Shown: in pieces, positions 1 through 8,033 of the stretch | Position numbering within the stretch: the stretch's first letter is position 1 | How the letters are laid out: each line of letters opens with the position of its first letter | Source of the DNA: Anaerolineae bacterium | GTDB lineage: Bacteria; Chloroflexota; Anaerolineae; UBA7937; B3-Chlor | Direction: 5' to 3' | Length of the DNA: 41,058 nt | NCBI GenBank assembly: GCA_035530015.1 | Contig: DATKVP010000382.1 | Span: forward strand, 1-41,058 | Made by a program: the position numbers and the translations under genes | The notes under the pieces: generated by a model | The model's database searches: none | Seen by the model: only the letters and a program-made list of their open reading frames with translations | Told to the model about the DNA's origin: nothing

Positions 1-21
1 TACCGGACACCGCTGGATTGA
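1..21 (+). CDS. 3' end of a Dit-like tail gene (partial), allele of 37860..39905
   Basis: Reads tac cgg aca ccg ctg gat tga (YRTPLD*). The 3' end of 37860..39905 reads YRSPLD*. In both cases the next ATG lies 1-2 nt downstream. Confidence 0.5.
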   Translation, partial: YRTPLD

Positions 22-22
22 G

Positions 23-2245
23 ATGATCACGAAGAAGCTGCGGGTAGAGGCGTTCGACGCGGTGGGGATGCAGTATCCCTTGCCGGCTCGAAATGGCCGT
101 CTGAGCAAATGCTTCCAGGGCGGGGAGGACCTGGGGCTGTCGTTCGACCTGGACCGGGATCCCCGGATCGACTACCGCGACGTGGCGTATGGGAACACTG
201 TGGTCGTGCGGCGGGGGCTGAACGCGGTCTGGAAGGGGGAGATGCGGCAGATCACGCAGGGGAAGGAGTCACTGACGGTAGGGTGCGTGGGGCAGTGGAT
301 CCACCTGGATGATAAGAACTGCGGGGGCCAGGGACGTCTGTGGTGCGAAGCCAGGTACAAAAAGTGGGAACCGATGACGCGCAACAAGGATTCATCGTGT
401 TGGTCGGAATCCTTCAACATGAACAACAGCGGCCAATTGTACATAGCCCCGAGGAAAGGCGAAACCTTTAGCATGACCGGGCCCTATGGGGAATACTACT
501 TTTACTCTCCATATGCCAACATCGTGAGGGTGTCATTTGACTACGATTTCGTGGACCCGGACAGTTGGGTGATTGTGCTTTATCGGACTGTGGGCGACCC
601 TTGGAACATCGGTGCGGACACACTTGAGTGGCTAGTCAACGCCACCGGGTCGGGCGTGAAGGACATCACGCTCACAGGCAATAGCCAATTCATCCGGTTT
701 CGAATGTACTACGCACAGGCAGCCGCGGTCTACAACCTCGATACGGGCATCTGTCGGGCCAACATCTCCAACCTCCGCATCTGGGGCCAGGCCACGGAGA
801 GCCCCAGCGTGATCCACGTGGCGGAGGACGCGATCGACCAGGTGGAGGCGGCCAGCCCCATCGATGCCAGCCACGACCTGGTGCAGGAGCAGTTGGCGGT
901 GCGGGATACGTTCACGGATGCGAATGGGGTACTGTTGGCGAACCACCAGCCGGACGTGGACGCACTGAGGGGCGGGTGGACGGTAGTAGTCGGTGGCTAT
1001 GACATCCAGGGGAACCAGGCCAATTGCACCGCGCTAGGGGGCGCTCCGTTAGTTGAAGCTGTGGCTGTGGCTGATTCGGGTCTCTCGGATGGGATCGTAG
1101 CGTGTGATATTCCGATTCTGGCCGCAGGCACTCATGCCATCGGAATCGTCTTTCGTTATCAGGACGCGAACAATTTCTGGATCTGGCAGATTCACAGCAA
1201 TGGGAACGCCTATCTGGGGTACATCCAGGCGGGCGCCTGGATTGCAGTGAGCACTCTGACCCTGGGCATGGAGCGAAGTTATTGGTATCACCTGATGGTG
1301 AAAATGAGGGCGGACCGGATCGATTGCTACATCGGCGGAATCTGGAGAACGGGTACGAACAACGCCCTCTTCCAGACTGAGACGGAACATGGGATTAGAG
1401 ATAGTTCGTCAACTGGGGGTAGACATGACAATTTCGAGGTCTACCAGGCGTTACCTCTGTGGCCACTATTCTACGAGGACGGGGAGAGCTGCTACGCAGC
1501 ACTGAAGGATGCAGCGTCATTCGGAGATTGGGATTACCGAGCGCTCGGTTGGGGCGTGGAGACAGGCGGCGATCGGGTCTATCTCAGGGAGGCGGACCGG
1601 GAGAGCGTGAGATACGTGATCCCGGCACAGTATTGCCGGCAGCTCTCCTCGAGGGGCGAGACGCAGAGGGGCTTTTACTCGTCGGGGTGGGCGAAATACA
1701 TCGACGAGGAGGGGATGCAGCGGTTCACCGTGCCATATTACGTGCACGTGACGAACGATGGGCTGGAAGTGAACACCACGGCGACGGGGGACGATCTGGC
1801 CAGCGTGGTATATGGCGTGGATCGGGATCACGTGTTCGATTTCGGCCGGGTGGATGAGGGGCTGGCGGTAGAGTATCTGCAGCAGGCGCTGAGGGAGAGC
1901 GGCCATCCACAGGTGAAGGCCTCGATCGAGGTGTATGGCCCGGTGCAGGATCTACACCGCGGAGGGGCCTTGATCGAGCCGGTGGAGATGGAGATGGGGT
2001 ATCTGGTGAGGATACCGTATTTCAGGGCCACGGAGGCGCAGGGGGGCGGGGGAGTGGACCTGCGAGATTATGATACCACGCTATTGATGGTGGGGCTGGA
2101 TGTGGACCTGGAGGGGGGAACGGCGAGGCTGATCCCGGAGGGCGCGCAAGAGGATCTGGAGAGGATCATCAAGTATGCCAGGGCCTTTGTGCAGAAGGAG
2201 GAGACGGAGCACATCGCCAAGAGAAGCCGGGTGATAGGGGGATAG
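23..2245 (+). CDS. Tail-tip / receptor-binding protein (Tal-like position), allele A, with an internal lectin-like beta-sandwich module
   Basis: 740-aa ORF directly after the Dit-like gene. Its N-terminus is shared with 39908... Its central module (DTFTDANGVLLANHQPDVD...FRYQDANNFW) is shared with 32640..33803. Confidence 0.5.
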   Translation: MITKKLRVEAFDAVGMQYPLPARNGRLSKCFQGGEDLGLSFDLDRDPRIDYRDVAYGNTVVVRRGLNAVWKGEMRQITQGKESLTVGCVGQWIHLDDKNCGGQGRLWCEARYKKWEPMTRNKDSSCWSESFNMNNSGQLYIAPRKGETFSMTGPYGEYYFYSPYANIVRVSFDYDFVDPDSWVIVLYRTVGDPWNIGADTLEWLVNATGSGVKDITLTGNSQFIRFRMYYAQAAAVYNLDTGICRANISNLRIWGQATESPSVIHVAEDAIDQVEAASPIDASHDLVQEQLAVRDTFTDANGVLLANHQPDVDALRGGWTVVVGGYDIQGNQANCTALGGAPLVEAVAVADSGLSDGIVACDIPILAAGTHAIGIVFRYQDANNFWIWQIHSNGNAYLGYIQAGAWIAVSTLTLGMERSYWYHLMVKMRADRIDCYIGGIWRTGTNNALFQTETEHGIRDSSSTGGRHDNFEVYQALPLWPLFYEDGESCYAALKDAASFGDWDYRALGWGVETGGDRVYLREADRESVRYVIPAQYCRQLSSRGETQRGFYSSGWAKYIDEEGMQRFTVPYYVHVTNDGLEVNTTATGDDLASVVYGVDRDHVFDFGRVDEGLAVEYLQQALRESGHPQVKASIEVYGPVQDLHRGGALIEPVEMEMGYLVRIPYFRATEAQGGGGVDLRDYDTTLLMVGLDVDLEGGTARLIPEGAQEDLERIIKYARAFVQKEETEHIAKRSRVIGG
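83..329 (+). repeat. Conserved block 1 of the tail-tip gene, direct repeat of 39968..40214
   Basis: Aligned by eye with a constant offset of 39,885. Only scattered single-nucleotide differences, mostly transitions. Confidence 0.85.
770..1040 (+). repeat. Conserved block 2 of the tail-tip gene, direct repeat of about 40673..40943
   Basis: The run gagagccccagcgtgatccacgtggcggagga...gacatccaggggaaccagg occurs in both, at offset 39,903. Block boundaries are approximate. Confidence 0.8.
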
Positions 2246-2246
2246 A

Positions 2247-2477
2247 GTGGACCATGATGGGCTGGTCAAGGAGGCGGAGGGCATAGCCGCGAAGCTAACG
2301 GCGGGGGAGCGATCGGAGCAGGGATACATCTGGGCATACGTGGCCAACCATGAGCTGCGGATGGTGATCGAGAAACTAGCGGCTCTCACGAAGCTGGTCT
2401 GGGGGATCCTGCTGGCGCTGGTGCTGACTCTGGGCAGCGCGGTGATAGGGATGGTCTTCAAGGTGCTGACGGGATAG
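2247..2477 (+). CDS. Small membrane protein with one C-terminal TM helix, possible holin or lysis accessory protein
   Basis: GTG start 2 nt after the upstream stop. Hydrophobic segment LVWGILLALVLTLGSAVIGMVF. Lies immediately upstream of the endolysin. Confidence 0.4.
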   Translation: MDHDGLVKEAEGIAAKLTAGERSEQGYIWAYVANHELRMVIEKLAALTKLVWGILLALVLTLGSAVIGMVFKVLTG

Positions 2478-2486
2478 GAGAGGGAG

Positions 2487-4565
2487 ATGAGACCGGGGCT
2501 GCATCTATCGAATGTTTCACCCATTACGCCGGCCGACGTGGACATCGTTCGCCGGTGGACTCCGCTCAGCGCGCTGCTGGCGATGAACAACATCGTGGAG
2601 GACAACGATGAGATAGTGAAGCTCGTCGCGCTGTGGGAGCTGGCGGGCCGGCCGCTGCTGATCCTGCGGAAGTATTTCAATCCAGAGTGGGGGTTGAAAC
2701 CCGGGAAGTGGGGCCTCCATGCGATAGAATCGACGATCATGGCCAGGCGGTGCATAGCCCTGGGGGTGCCTCCCGGGCGGATCGCGCATAAGCCCTTCAA
2801 CGAACCGAACATGCCTACCTGGGCGCTGAATGAGCCATTTGGGGAGGGGTTCGGAGATAAGCCGGAACAGATTGAGCGGTTCGGTCAGGCGCTCAATACG
2901 TTCATCGATGTGGCCAAGAACGAAGAGCCCGAGATCCTGATCGGGGGCCCGCACCTGACCATAGGCAATCATGATGTGCGGTTCCCCAATGACGCGGAGG
3001 GGCGATACTACTATGGGCCCAACTCGCTGTGCCAGGATGCGCTGGATCGCCTGGATCTGCACTTCGTGCACCTCTATGGCTTCAGGCAGGGGCAATACAA
3101 GGATCCGGCGCATGGGCTGCGCTTCCTGGAGTACGAGAAGTACTTCTCGGGCAAGCCGATCTACATCGTGGAGGGCTGCTACGGAATCCAAGGGCCGAAT
3201 GGGGAGGCGATCGACCCTTCGCAGAACAAGGTGAGGGGAGAGGACACCGTAGCCTACCTGCGGATGCTGGATCAGCACCCCCAGGTGAAGGGGATCACAC
3301 TATGGATCTTCGGCTGGACGGGGTGGCAGGATCACCGGCACTCAGACGATGCGGGTCCTGGCTCTCACCGGCCGGTCGTATTCTACGTGGAGGATTATTG
3401 CAAGAATGAACCGGGGCCGGGGCCGGATCCTGACCCGGGCCCCGACCCAGATCCAGGGCCGGATCCTCAGCCACAACCGGAGGTGAAGATGAGAGCATAC
3501 AGGGCAGACGGAAGTGAGATCGAGCCGGCGGAGCTCCTCCAGGAGTACGCGATGAGCATCGAACCCTGCGAGGGACCTGGATTCAGGGTTGTGGAGCTGC
3601 GGGAACGGTGCGAGAGCAACACCTGCGACGTCCACGTGAAGGGCATGGGCGGGGAGCTCCTGGTGGGGCAGGCGGTGCGCTGGGGTTGGCCGGGGACGGA
3701 GATCAGCCAGGGTACGGGCTACGATGGCCGGGTGGGGTTCGTGATGGGCAAAGATTCCTACTACAACCCCGCAGACGGCCCGGGCCCCCACTGGGTGGCA
3801 GTCGCTGGAACCTCCGAGCTGGTGAGCGGGATCGGGATGATCCCCGGGACGGTGCACTGTACGGTGAACGTGATCTTCCAGTATCTGGAGACGGCGCCCG
3901 AACCGCAACCAGAGCCATCACCGGACCCGGAGCCGGGACCAGACCCGGAACTTGACATCGATGTACCCTATAGGTTTCTGACGGGCGTAAACAGGCGCCT
4001 GGAGCGTCACGGCCTTCCTCCGATCGTAGATCTGAGAGAACAGGTGAAGGCGATCAGCCGGCTGGGCGAGATCCCGAAACGTGAGTTTGGGATGATCACT
4101 ACGATCATGGGCCATCACACGGGTTCAAATGCAGCTCAGACACCGATGGGGATCGTCCATGACCACATCGAGAATCGCGGCTGGCCGACGGTGGGGTATC
4201 ACCTGCTGGTGGGTTGGCAGGGCGAGACATACTTCCTGGCGCCTTTCGCGTGGGAGATCCACGACGTTGGCGCCCACCTGAACCCAGAGACGATCGGCAT
4301 TGCGGCGATGGGCAATTTCACATCGGGCTATCCCAGCGATACGCAACTACTGGCCGTGCGGCTGCTGATCGAGGAGGTCTGGCAGTTTCTGGGCCAGGGC
4401 TGGGGGAAGTGCCGCCGGACCTATCTGCTGCCGCATAGCCATTTGACATACGTGAAGGATGGTCAACCATGGCGGACGGCCTGCCCGGGTAAGCTGAAGG
4501 ACGCGCTGATCTGGGAGGGCGAGTGGCCGATGCTGCCCTTTCGGCGAGAGCCGGCTGGTGAGTGA
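2487..4565 (+). CDS. Three-domain endolysin: N-terminal glycosidase-like domain, central domain, C-terminal N-acetylmuramoyl-L-alanine amidase (Amidase_2/PGRP type)
   Basis: The C-terminus has IMGHHTGS...GYHLLVGWQGE...HDVGAHLNPETIGIAAMGNF...PHSHL...CPG. The N-terminus has an FNEPN motif typical of TIM-barrel glycosidases. Two Pro/Asp-rich linkers lie at about 3410-3482 and 3897-3950. Confidence 0.75.
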   Translation: MRPGLHLSNVSPITPADVDIVRRWTPLSALLAMNNIVEDNDEIVKLVALWELAGRPLLILRKYFNPEWGLKPGKWGLHAIESTIMARRCIALGVPPGRIAHKPFNEPNMPTWALNEPFGEGFGDKPEQIERFGQALNTFIDVAKNEEPEILIGGPHLTIGNHDVRFPNDAEGRYYYGPNSLCQDALDRLDLHFVHLYGFRQGQYKDPAHGLRFLEYEKYFSGKPIYIVEGCYGIQGPNGEAIDPSQNKVRGEDTVAYLRMLDQHPQVKGITLWIFGWTGWQDHRHSDDAGPGSHRPVVFYVEDYCKNEPGPGPDPDPGPDPDPGPDPQPQPEVKMRAYRADGSEIEPAELLQEYAMSIEPCEGPGFRVVELRERCESNTCDVHVKGMGGELLVGQAVRWGWPGTEISQGTGYDGRVGFVMGKDSYYNPADGPGPHWVAVAGTSELVSGIGMIPGTVHCTVNVIFQYLETAPEPQPEPSPDPEPGPDPELDIDVPYRFLTGVNRRLERHGLPPIVDLREQVKAISRLGEIPKREFGMITTIMGHHTGSNAAQTPMGIVHDHIENRGWPTVGYHLLVGWQGETYFLAPFAWEIHDVGAHLNPETIGIAAMGNFTSGYPSDTQLLAVRLLIEEVWQFLGQGWGKCRRTYLLPHSHLTYVKDGQPWRTACPGKLKDALIWEGEWPMLPFRREPAGE

Positions 4566-4569
4566 GTGG

Positions 4570-4668
4570 ATGGACACGTTTGAGGCGAGGGCGCTGGAGA
4601 GACGGATCGAGGGGGAGACATCGATCGAGTTAAACGTGGAGGAGAAGAACGGAAAAGAGGAGGTGTGA
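4570..4668 (+). CDS. Small acidic ORF (32 aa) in the lysis cassette
   Basis: ATG at 4570 and TGA at 4666-4668, one nt before the GTG of the next ORF. Below the size cut-off of the ORF track. No similarity recognised. Confidence 0.25.
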   Translation: MDTFEARALERRIEGETSIELNVEEKNGKEEV

Positions 4669-4669
4669 G

Positions 4670-5050
4670 GTGGGAATACTAGCAGCAGTGGCGTTTGTGG
4701 CGTTCGTGGGAGAGAAGTTCGCCGAGCGAACTGTGAAGATGATCGTCAAGGCGATCTCTCCATATTTCGCCGACAAGGTGAATCAGGACCTCGCCGACCT
4801 GCTGGAGGCAGTGGTGTGTGCGATACCAGGATTCGCCCTGAGTCTGTTGGCGGGGCTTGATCTGTTCCCCGCCGTAGGGTTGCCCCTGGCTGGATCGAGC
4901 GGCCTTTGGATCACGGCACTCGGCGCTGGATTCGGCAGCAACCTGATTCACGAGATCGTGGGCGCGATCCCTGATGGTACGACTATCAACTGGGCGCTGT
5001 ATGAGATGGGAAGCGCGCTGGAGAAGGAGCGGAAGGACCCTGACGTTTGA
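4670..5050 (+). CDS. Multi-TM membrane protein, holin-like candidate
   Basis: GTG start preceded by gaggagg. It has about three hydrophobic segments (ILAAVAFVAFV, AVVCAIPGFALSLLAGL, LWITALGAGFG) and follows the endolysin. Confidence 0.45.
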   Translation: MGILAAVAFVAFVGEKFAERTVKMIVKAISPYFADKVNQDLADLLEAVVCAIPGFALSLLAGLDLFPAVGLPLAGSSGLWITALGAGFGSNLIHEIVGAIPDGTTINWALYEMGSALEKERKDPDV

Positions 5051-5178
5051 TGAGTTGGAGACCCGAGAGGGTCGCGTTAGTTTTTCTCCTCCCCCGAGCC
5101 CCCTGGGCGTCAAGCCTGGGGGGTTTCGGGTTTGGGGTGGCTCGCAGTGGTTCTCGAAGCGGCGCAGCGGGCGCGAAA

Positions 5179-6693
5179 TCAATGCGAGAGGGCGATGGAT
5201 TGCGAGCCCTGGCGGACTTCGACGCGGAGGCCGATGCGGCGCAGGAGTACCTTGACGCGACGCGCGACCTCGGGGTCATGCCAGTGGGCGCGTAGATAGT
5301 CCAGGCCCGGAGCCATGCCCGTCTCGAGGGTGACGCTGAGGACGTCAGGATCCAGGCGAGGGCGACGCTCCTGGATCTGCTGTAGAGATGCGTCCAGGAC
5401 CTCGATGTCGTCCTCGAGGCGCCGCCGGTGCTCGTAGTATTCGTACCGCCCCAGCAACCCATCTTCGTAGTCGCGGGCCCAGCGGTCCAACGCGGCTCGC
5501 TTGCTTTGCCGTGCCCTCTCCAGCTCTGCTTCCCGCTCCTCGTCCGCCTGTAGCTGATCCCCCATCATGGCTGCCATGTCATTCGCCAGGAGGTCGGGCC
5601 GCGTAGCCCGATCGTAGAGCCATTGGAGCACGGCCTGGTCGAGGAGGTCCATACGGATCGTGTTTCTCCGTGTGGGGCGGTCGCATTCAGAGCGCGGGGT
5701 GCGACAGATGAAATAGCGATAGACGTGCTCTCCCGAACTGGTGACGGTGGCAGACATGCGTTGCCCACAATAGCCGCAATAGATCGAACCGCTGAGGGGG
5801 TAGCGCCGGAGGGGAGCGTGGCCGTTCTCCCGGGCATCGAGTTCGAGCTGGGCGGCCTCCCACGTTTCCTCAGAGATGAGGGCCTGGTGGAGTCCAGCGC
5901 CGGTGATCCATTCTGAGCGATCGCGGAACCTGTGACCTGACTCATCGATGCGGTGATAGCCGATGGTGCCCATGTAGAAGGGGTTGCGGAGGATGTATTT
6001 GATGCCATAGAAGGAGCGGGGATACCGACCCGAGGCCACGGTAGGGACCTGCTCCTGGATATGGCTGATAGGGACGCCATCCAGGAGCCAGTCGAACATC
6101 TGGCGGACTACAGGGGCCTCCGGCTCGTAGATCTGACAGATGCCCTCGGCCCCGAGCCGGTATCCATAAGGGATCATGTTGGCGTGGTAGCCGTCTCTGG
6201 CGCGACGTCGCATCCCCGTTCGATGACGGGCCCGGATCTCTGCGGTCTCATCCTGGGCCTTGGCCCTCTCCACGGAGCGCATCCAGATCGAGGCGCGATC
6301 GGTGTGCTGGGCGAACTCCTCTGGATCCAGGATCCGCGTGGGCATAGTCAGTGAGTGGACCTGGACATTGTAGGAGGCGAGATACTCCTCCACCTGGGCG
6401 ATGAGGGCATCGGTGCGCCCCAGGCGGTCGCGTCCTCGGCAGATGAGGAGGTCAATACTACCCGAACGGGCTAGAGACATCACCTCTGTGTACACAGGCA
6501 TCTCGGCCGCAGCGTCGGCCAGGAAGATGTAGCTGCGGGAGTGGCCACCTACGACGAGAGGCTCGTGGACCTCATGCCAGCCCTCGTTGCGGGCGACGAG
6601 CTCGCGGGCGGAGTCGAGTTGAGAGGGGATGGAATCCTTCTCTTCGGAGGCCTGCGGTTTGGAGGAGACGGCCGCCCAGATGATACATCTCAT
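5179..6693 (-). CDS. int: Large serine recombinase (phage integrase)
   Basis: N-terminal resolvase-type catalytic domain (RCIIWAAVSSKPQ...ICRGRDRLGR). It also has a recombinase domain, a zinc ribbon (CGYCGQRM...YFIC) and a C-terminal coiled coil. Confidence 0.9.
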   Translation of the reverse strand: MRCIIWAAVSSKPQASEEKDSIPSQLDSARELVARNEGWHEVHEPLVVGGHSRSYIFLADAAAEMPVYTEVMSLARSGSIDLLICRGRDRLGRTDALIAQVEEYLASYNVQVHSLTMPTRILDPEEFAQHTDRASIWMRSVERAKAQDETAEIRARHRTGMRRRARDGYHANMIPYGYRLGAEGICQIYEPEAPVVRQMFDWLLDGVPISHIQEQVPTVASGRYPRSFYGIKYILRNPFYMGTIGYHRIDESGHRFRDRSEWITGAGLHQALISEETWEAAQLELDARENGHAPLRRYPLSGSIYCGYCGQRMSATVTSSGEHVYRYFICRTPRSECDRPTRRNTIRMDLLDQAVLQWLYDRATRPDLLANDMAAMMGDQLQADEEREAELERARQSKRAALDRWARDYEDGLLGRYEYYEHRRRLEDDIEVLDASLQQIQERRPRLDPDVLSVTLETGMAPGLDYLRAHWHDPEVARRVKVLLRRIGLRVEVRQGSQSIALSH

Positions 6694-6715
6694 AGTGCTA
6701 CCGCGCGCTCGGTAT

Positions 6716-6841
6716 TCACGGGGTGAGCTGGGGGACGTACCAGAGCAGGGCGCAACCGCAGATGAAGATGATGATCACAAAGACGATAGCGGTAGAGCAA
6801 TTGAAGGGGGCTCCTGATTTCTGAGGCTGCTCAGTGGTCAT
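6716..6841 (-). CDS. 41-aa single-TM peptide between repressor and integrase
   Basis: Its ATG overlaps the repressor stop as ATGA. Sequence is MTTEQPQKSGAPFNCSTAIVFVIIIFICGCALLWYVPQLTP. GC3 is roughly 70 percent by eye. Too short for the ORF track. Confidence 0.45.
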   Translation of the reverse strand: MTTEQPQKSGAPFNCSTAIVFVIIIFICGCALLWYVPQLTP

Positions 6842-7302
6842 GATCCCTCCCTATACGCTTCCTGAGCTTCAGCGGCCTTCTTCAGCTCGTGGCCTCGTTC
6901 CGCATCGACGAGGGCCTGGGCCATCCAGATGAGTTGATCCAGTGCTTCTCGGCGCGTGTGATGCGCCCTGATCTGGCGGATGGTATCTATGAGTCGCTGT
7001 TCCCTGGGCATAAGGACCCCCAGGGAGGGCAGCGGGTGCTTCCAGCCGGCGGCCTCCATCAAGTAGTCAGTAGTGACATTCAGTGCATCAGCTATCCGCG
7101 CAAGAACGCGAGCGTTGATTGTCTCATGAACATCGCGCTCGATCTTGCTCAGATGAGACTGATCGATCCCGCTTCGGAGAGCCAACTGTCCTTGTGACCA
7201 ACCGCGTTCTTCGCGGAGCTGTCGAAGTGTGGGTCCTAGTGTCATAGGTCGCTCCGCCCTAGTTTCAATCATTATACCAGGTCTAACGGGAAGAGTGCTC
7301 AT
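6838..7302 (-). CDS. XRE-family HTH repressor (CI-like)
   Basis: HTH segment LRQLREERGWSQGQLALRSGIDQSHLSKIERD. Divergent from the cro-like gene and first gene of the int operon. Confidence 0.7.
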   Translation of the reverse strand: MSTLPVRPGIMIETRAERPMTLGPTLRQLREERGWSQGQLALRSGIDQSHLSKIERDVHETINARVLARIADALNVTTDYLMEAAGWKHPLPSLGVLMPREQRLIDTIRQIRAHHTRREALDQLIWMAQALVDAERGHELKKAAEAQEAYREGS

Positions 7303-7340
7303 TAAAGAGTGCGTCTAACCTTAAAATATTCCACAGATAC

Positions 7341-7369
7341 TTGACAACAGGAAAGAAAGTCTGTATACT
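7341..7369 (+). promoter_or_regulatory. Near-consensus sigma70-type early promoter with overlapping inverted repeats (candidate operators)
   Basis: TTGACA at 7341-7346, 17-nt spacer, TATACT at 7364-7369. ACAG-N10-CTGT lies at 7347-7364. AGGAAA at 7349-7354 pairs with TTTCCT at 7371-7376. Confidence 0.65.
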
Positions 7370-7401
7370 GTTTCCTAGAGGCAAGGGAAGAGTTACCAAA
7401 C

Positions 7402-7767
7402 ATGAGTGCTATCAACATTGTGGCGAGACTCAGGGAGAAACAGGAGGAACTCGGCAGCACCCAGGCAGAGCTGGCGGAGATGCTGGATGTCAGCGAGGGC
7501 ACGATTAGCCGTGTCTACTCCGGGCGGAGGAACCCCGGAAGGGCGGTGATCATGGGGATGCTGAAGGTATGGCCGGATGTGTTCAGCGAGAACGGAGGAG
7601 GCGATGAAGAGCCGGAGGGCGACGGAGGTAGTGGGGACGCTGGCGATGATCGCGCTGGTGATCCTGACGGCGACGGAGATAGTGGGGATGCTGGCGATGA
7701 TCGCGCTGGCGCTCCTGTGGCTCTGCGGGCTGCTGGGGCTCCCGCTGCCGTTGGGACAGTAGAGTGA
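7402..7767 (+). CDS. Cro-like HTH regulator; the HTH is in the first ~65 codons and the 3' part is probably overprinted
   Basis: HTH segment GSTQAELAEMLDVSEGTISRVYSG. Downstream of about 7600 the frame encodes low-complexity GD-rich sequence with low GC3. Confidence 0.55.
   Translation: MSAINIVARLREKQEELGSTQAELAEMLDVSEGTISRVYSGRRNPGRAVIMGMLKVWPDVFSENGGGDEEPEGDGGSGDAGDDRAGDPDGDGDSGDAGDDRAGAPVALRAAGAPAAVGTVE
7604..7762 (+). CDS. Hidden 52-aa two-TM membrane protein in the +1 frame of the cro ORF tail
   Basis: ggaggagg lies 3-5 nt upstream of the ATG at 7604. Sequence is MKSRRATEVVGTLAMIALVILTATEIVGMLAMIALALLWLCGLLGLPLPLGQ. GC3 is about 90 percent by eye, against roughly 50 percent for the cro frame over the same nucleotides. 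Confidence 0.6.
   Translation: MKSRRATEVVGTLAMIALVILTATEIVGMLAMIALALLWLCGLLGLPLPLGQ
7630..7717 (+). repeat. 51-nt-period tandem duplication (37-nt cores at 7630-7666 and 7681-7717)
   Basis: The cores are agtggggacgctggcgatgatcgcgctggtgatcctg and agtggggatgctggcgatgatcgcgctggcgctcctg. Each copy encodes one TM helix of the hidden ORF. Confidence 0.85.
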
Positions 7768-8033
7768 CGATAGACGGGTTCACGATCACGGCGCAGGCCT
7801 CGGACGAGGAGATCGGCCGGGCGTTCCTGCGCCTGCTGCTTTCTCTGGGAGGAGAAACCGATGAGACCCACCAACCTGAGCATGAGCAACTTCATGCCCT
7901 ACGCCGACGCCGAGCTGGATCTGAGCTCGCTACACCTGGCGTGTCTGGCCGGCGAGAACGGCCACGGCAAGTCGGCGATCATCGACGCCATCACCTGGGC
8001 GTTGTGGGGCAAGGCACGGGCCCGGCGGGATGA
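7764..8033 (+). CDS. Small ORF of uncertain extent, overlapping the SbcC-like start
   Basis: GTG at 7764 overlaps the upstream stop. The first ~33 codons have high GC3. After 7861 the frame looks like a shadow of the SbcC-like gene. Confidence 0.2.
   Translation: MTIDGFTITAQASDEEIGRAFLRLLLSLGGETDETHQPEHEQLHALRRRRAGSELATPGVSGRRERPRQVGDHRRHHLGVVGQGTGPAG

Noticed and set aside
109-312. Alternative-frame ORF conserved between 109..312 and 39994..40197
   Set aside because: It is conserved only because it lies inside the near-identical block of the two tail-tip alleles. Its translation is Arg/Gly/Pro-rich and it has no independent signal.
1-329. Exact direct terminal repeat or cos-type ends of a linear genome
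   Set aside because: The two ends are not identical. They share conserved blocks interrupted by diverged sequence, and the similarity extends for more than 1 kb as a gene-level homology.
330-769. Diversity-generating retroelement (DGR) as the source of the tail-tip variation
   Set aside because: No reverse transcriptase or template repeat is present in the window. Differences between the alleles include indels and all substitution types rather than adenine-specific changes.
3410-3482. Short repeated ccggatcc/gacccgg units (also 3897-3950) as a CRISPR-like or satellite array
   Set aside because: They are in frame within the endolysin and encode Pro/Asp linkers. There is no repeat-spacer periodicity.
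7600-7767. The acidic GD-rich C-terminal tail of the cro-like protein as a genuine functional domain
   Set aside because: Its third-codon positions are T-rich, unlike confident genes in the window, whereas the overlapping +1 frame shows the expected high GC3 and a Shine-Dalgarno. It is treated as probably incidental but is flagged in the findings.
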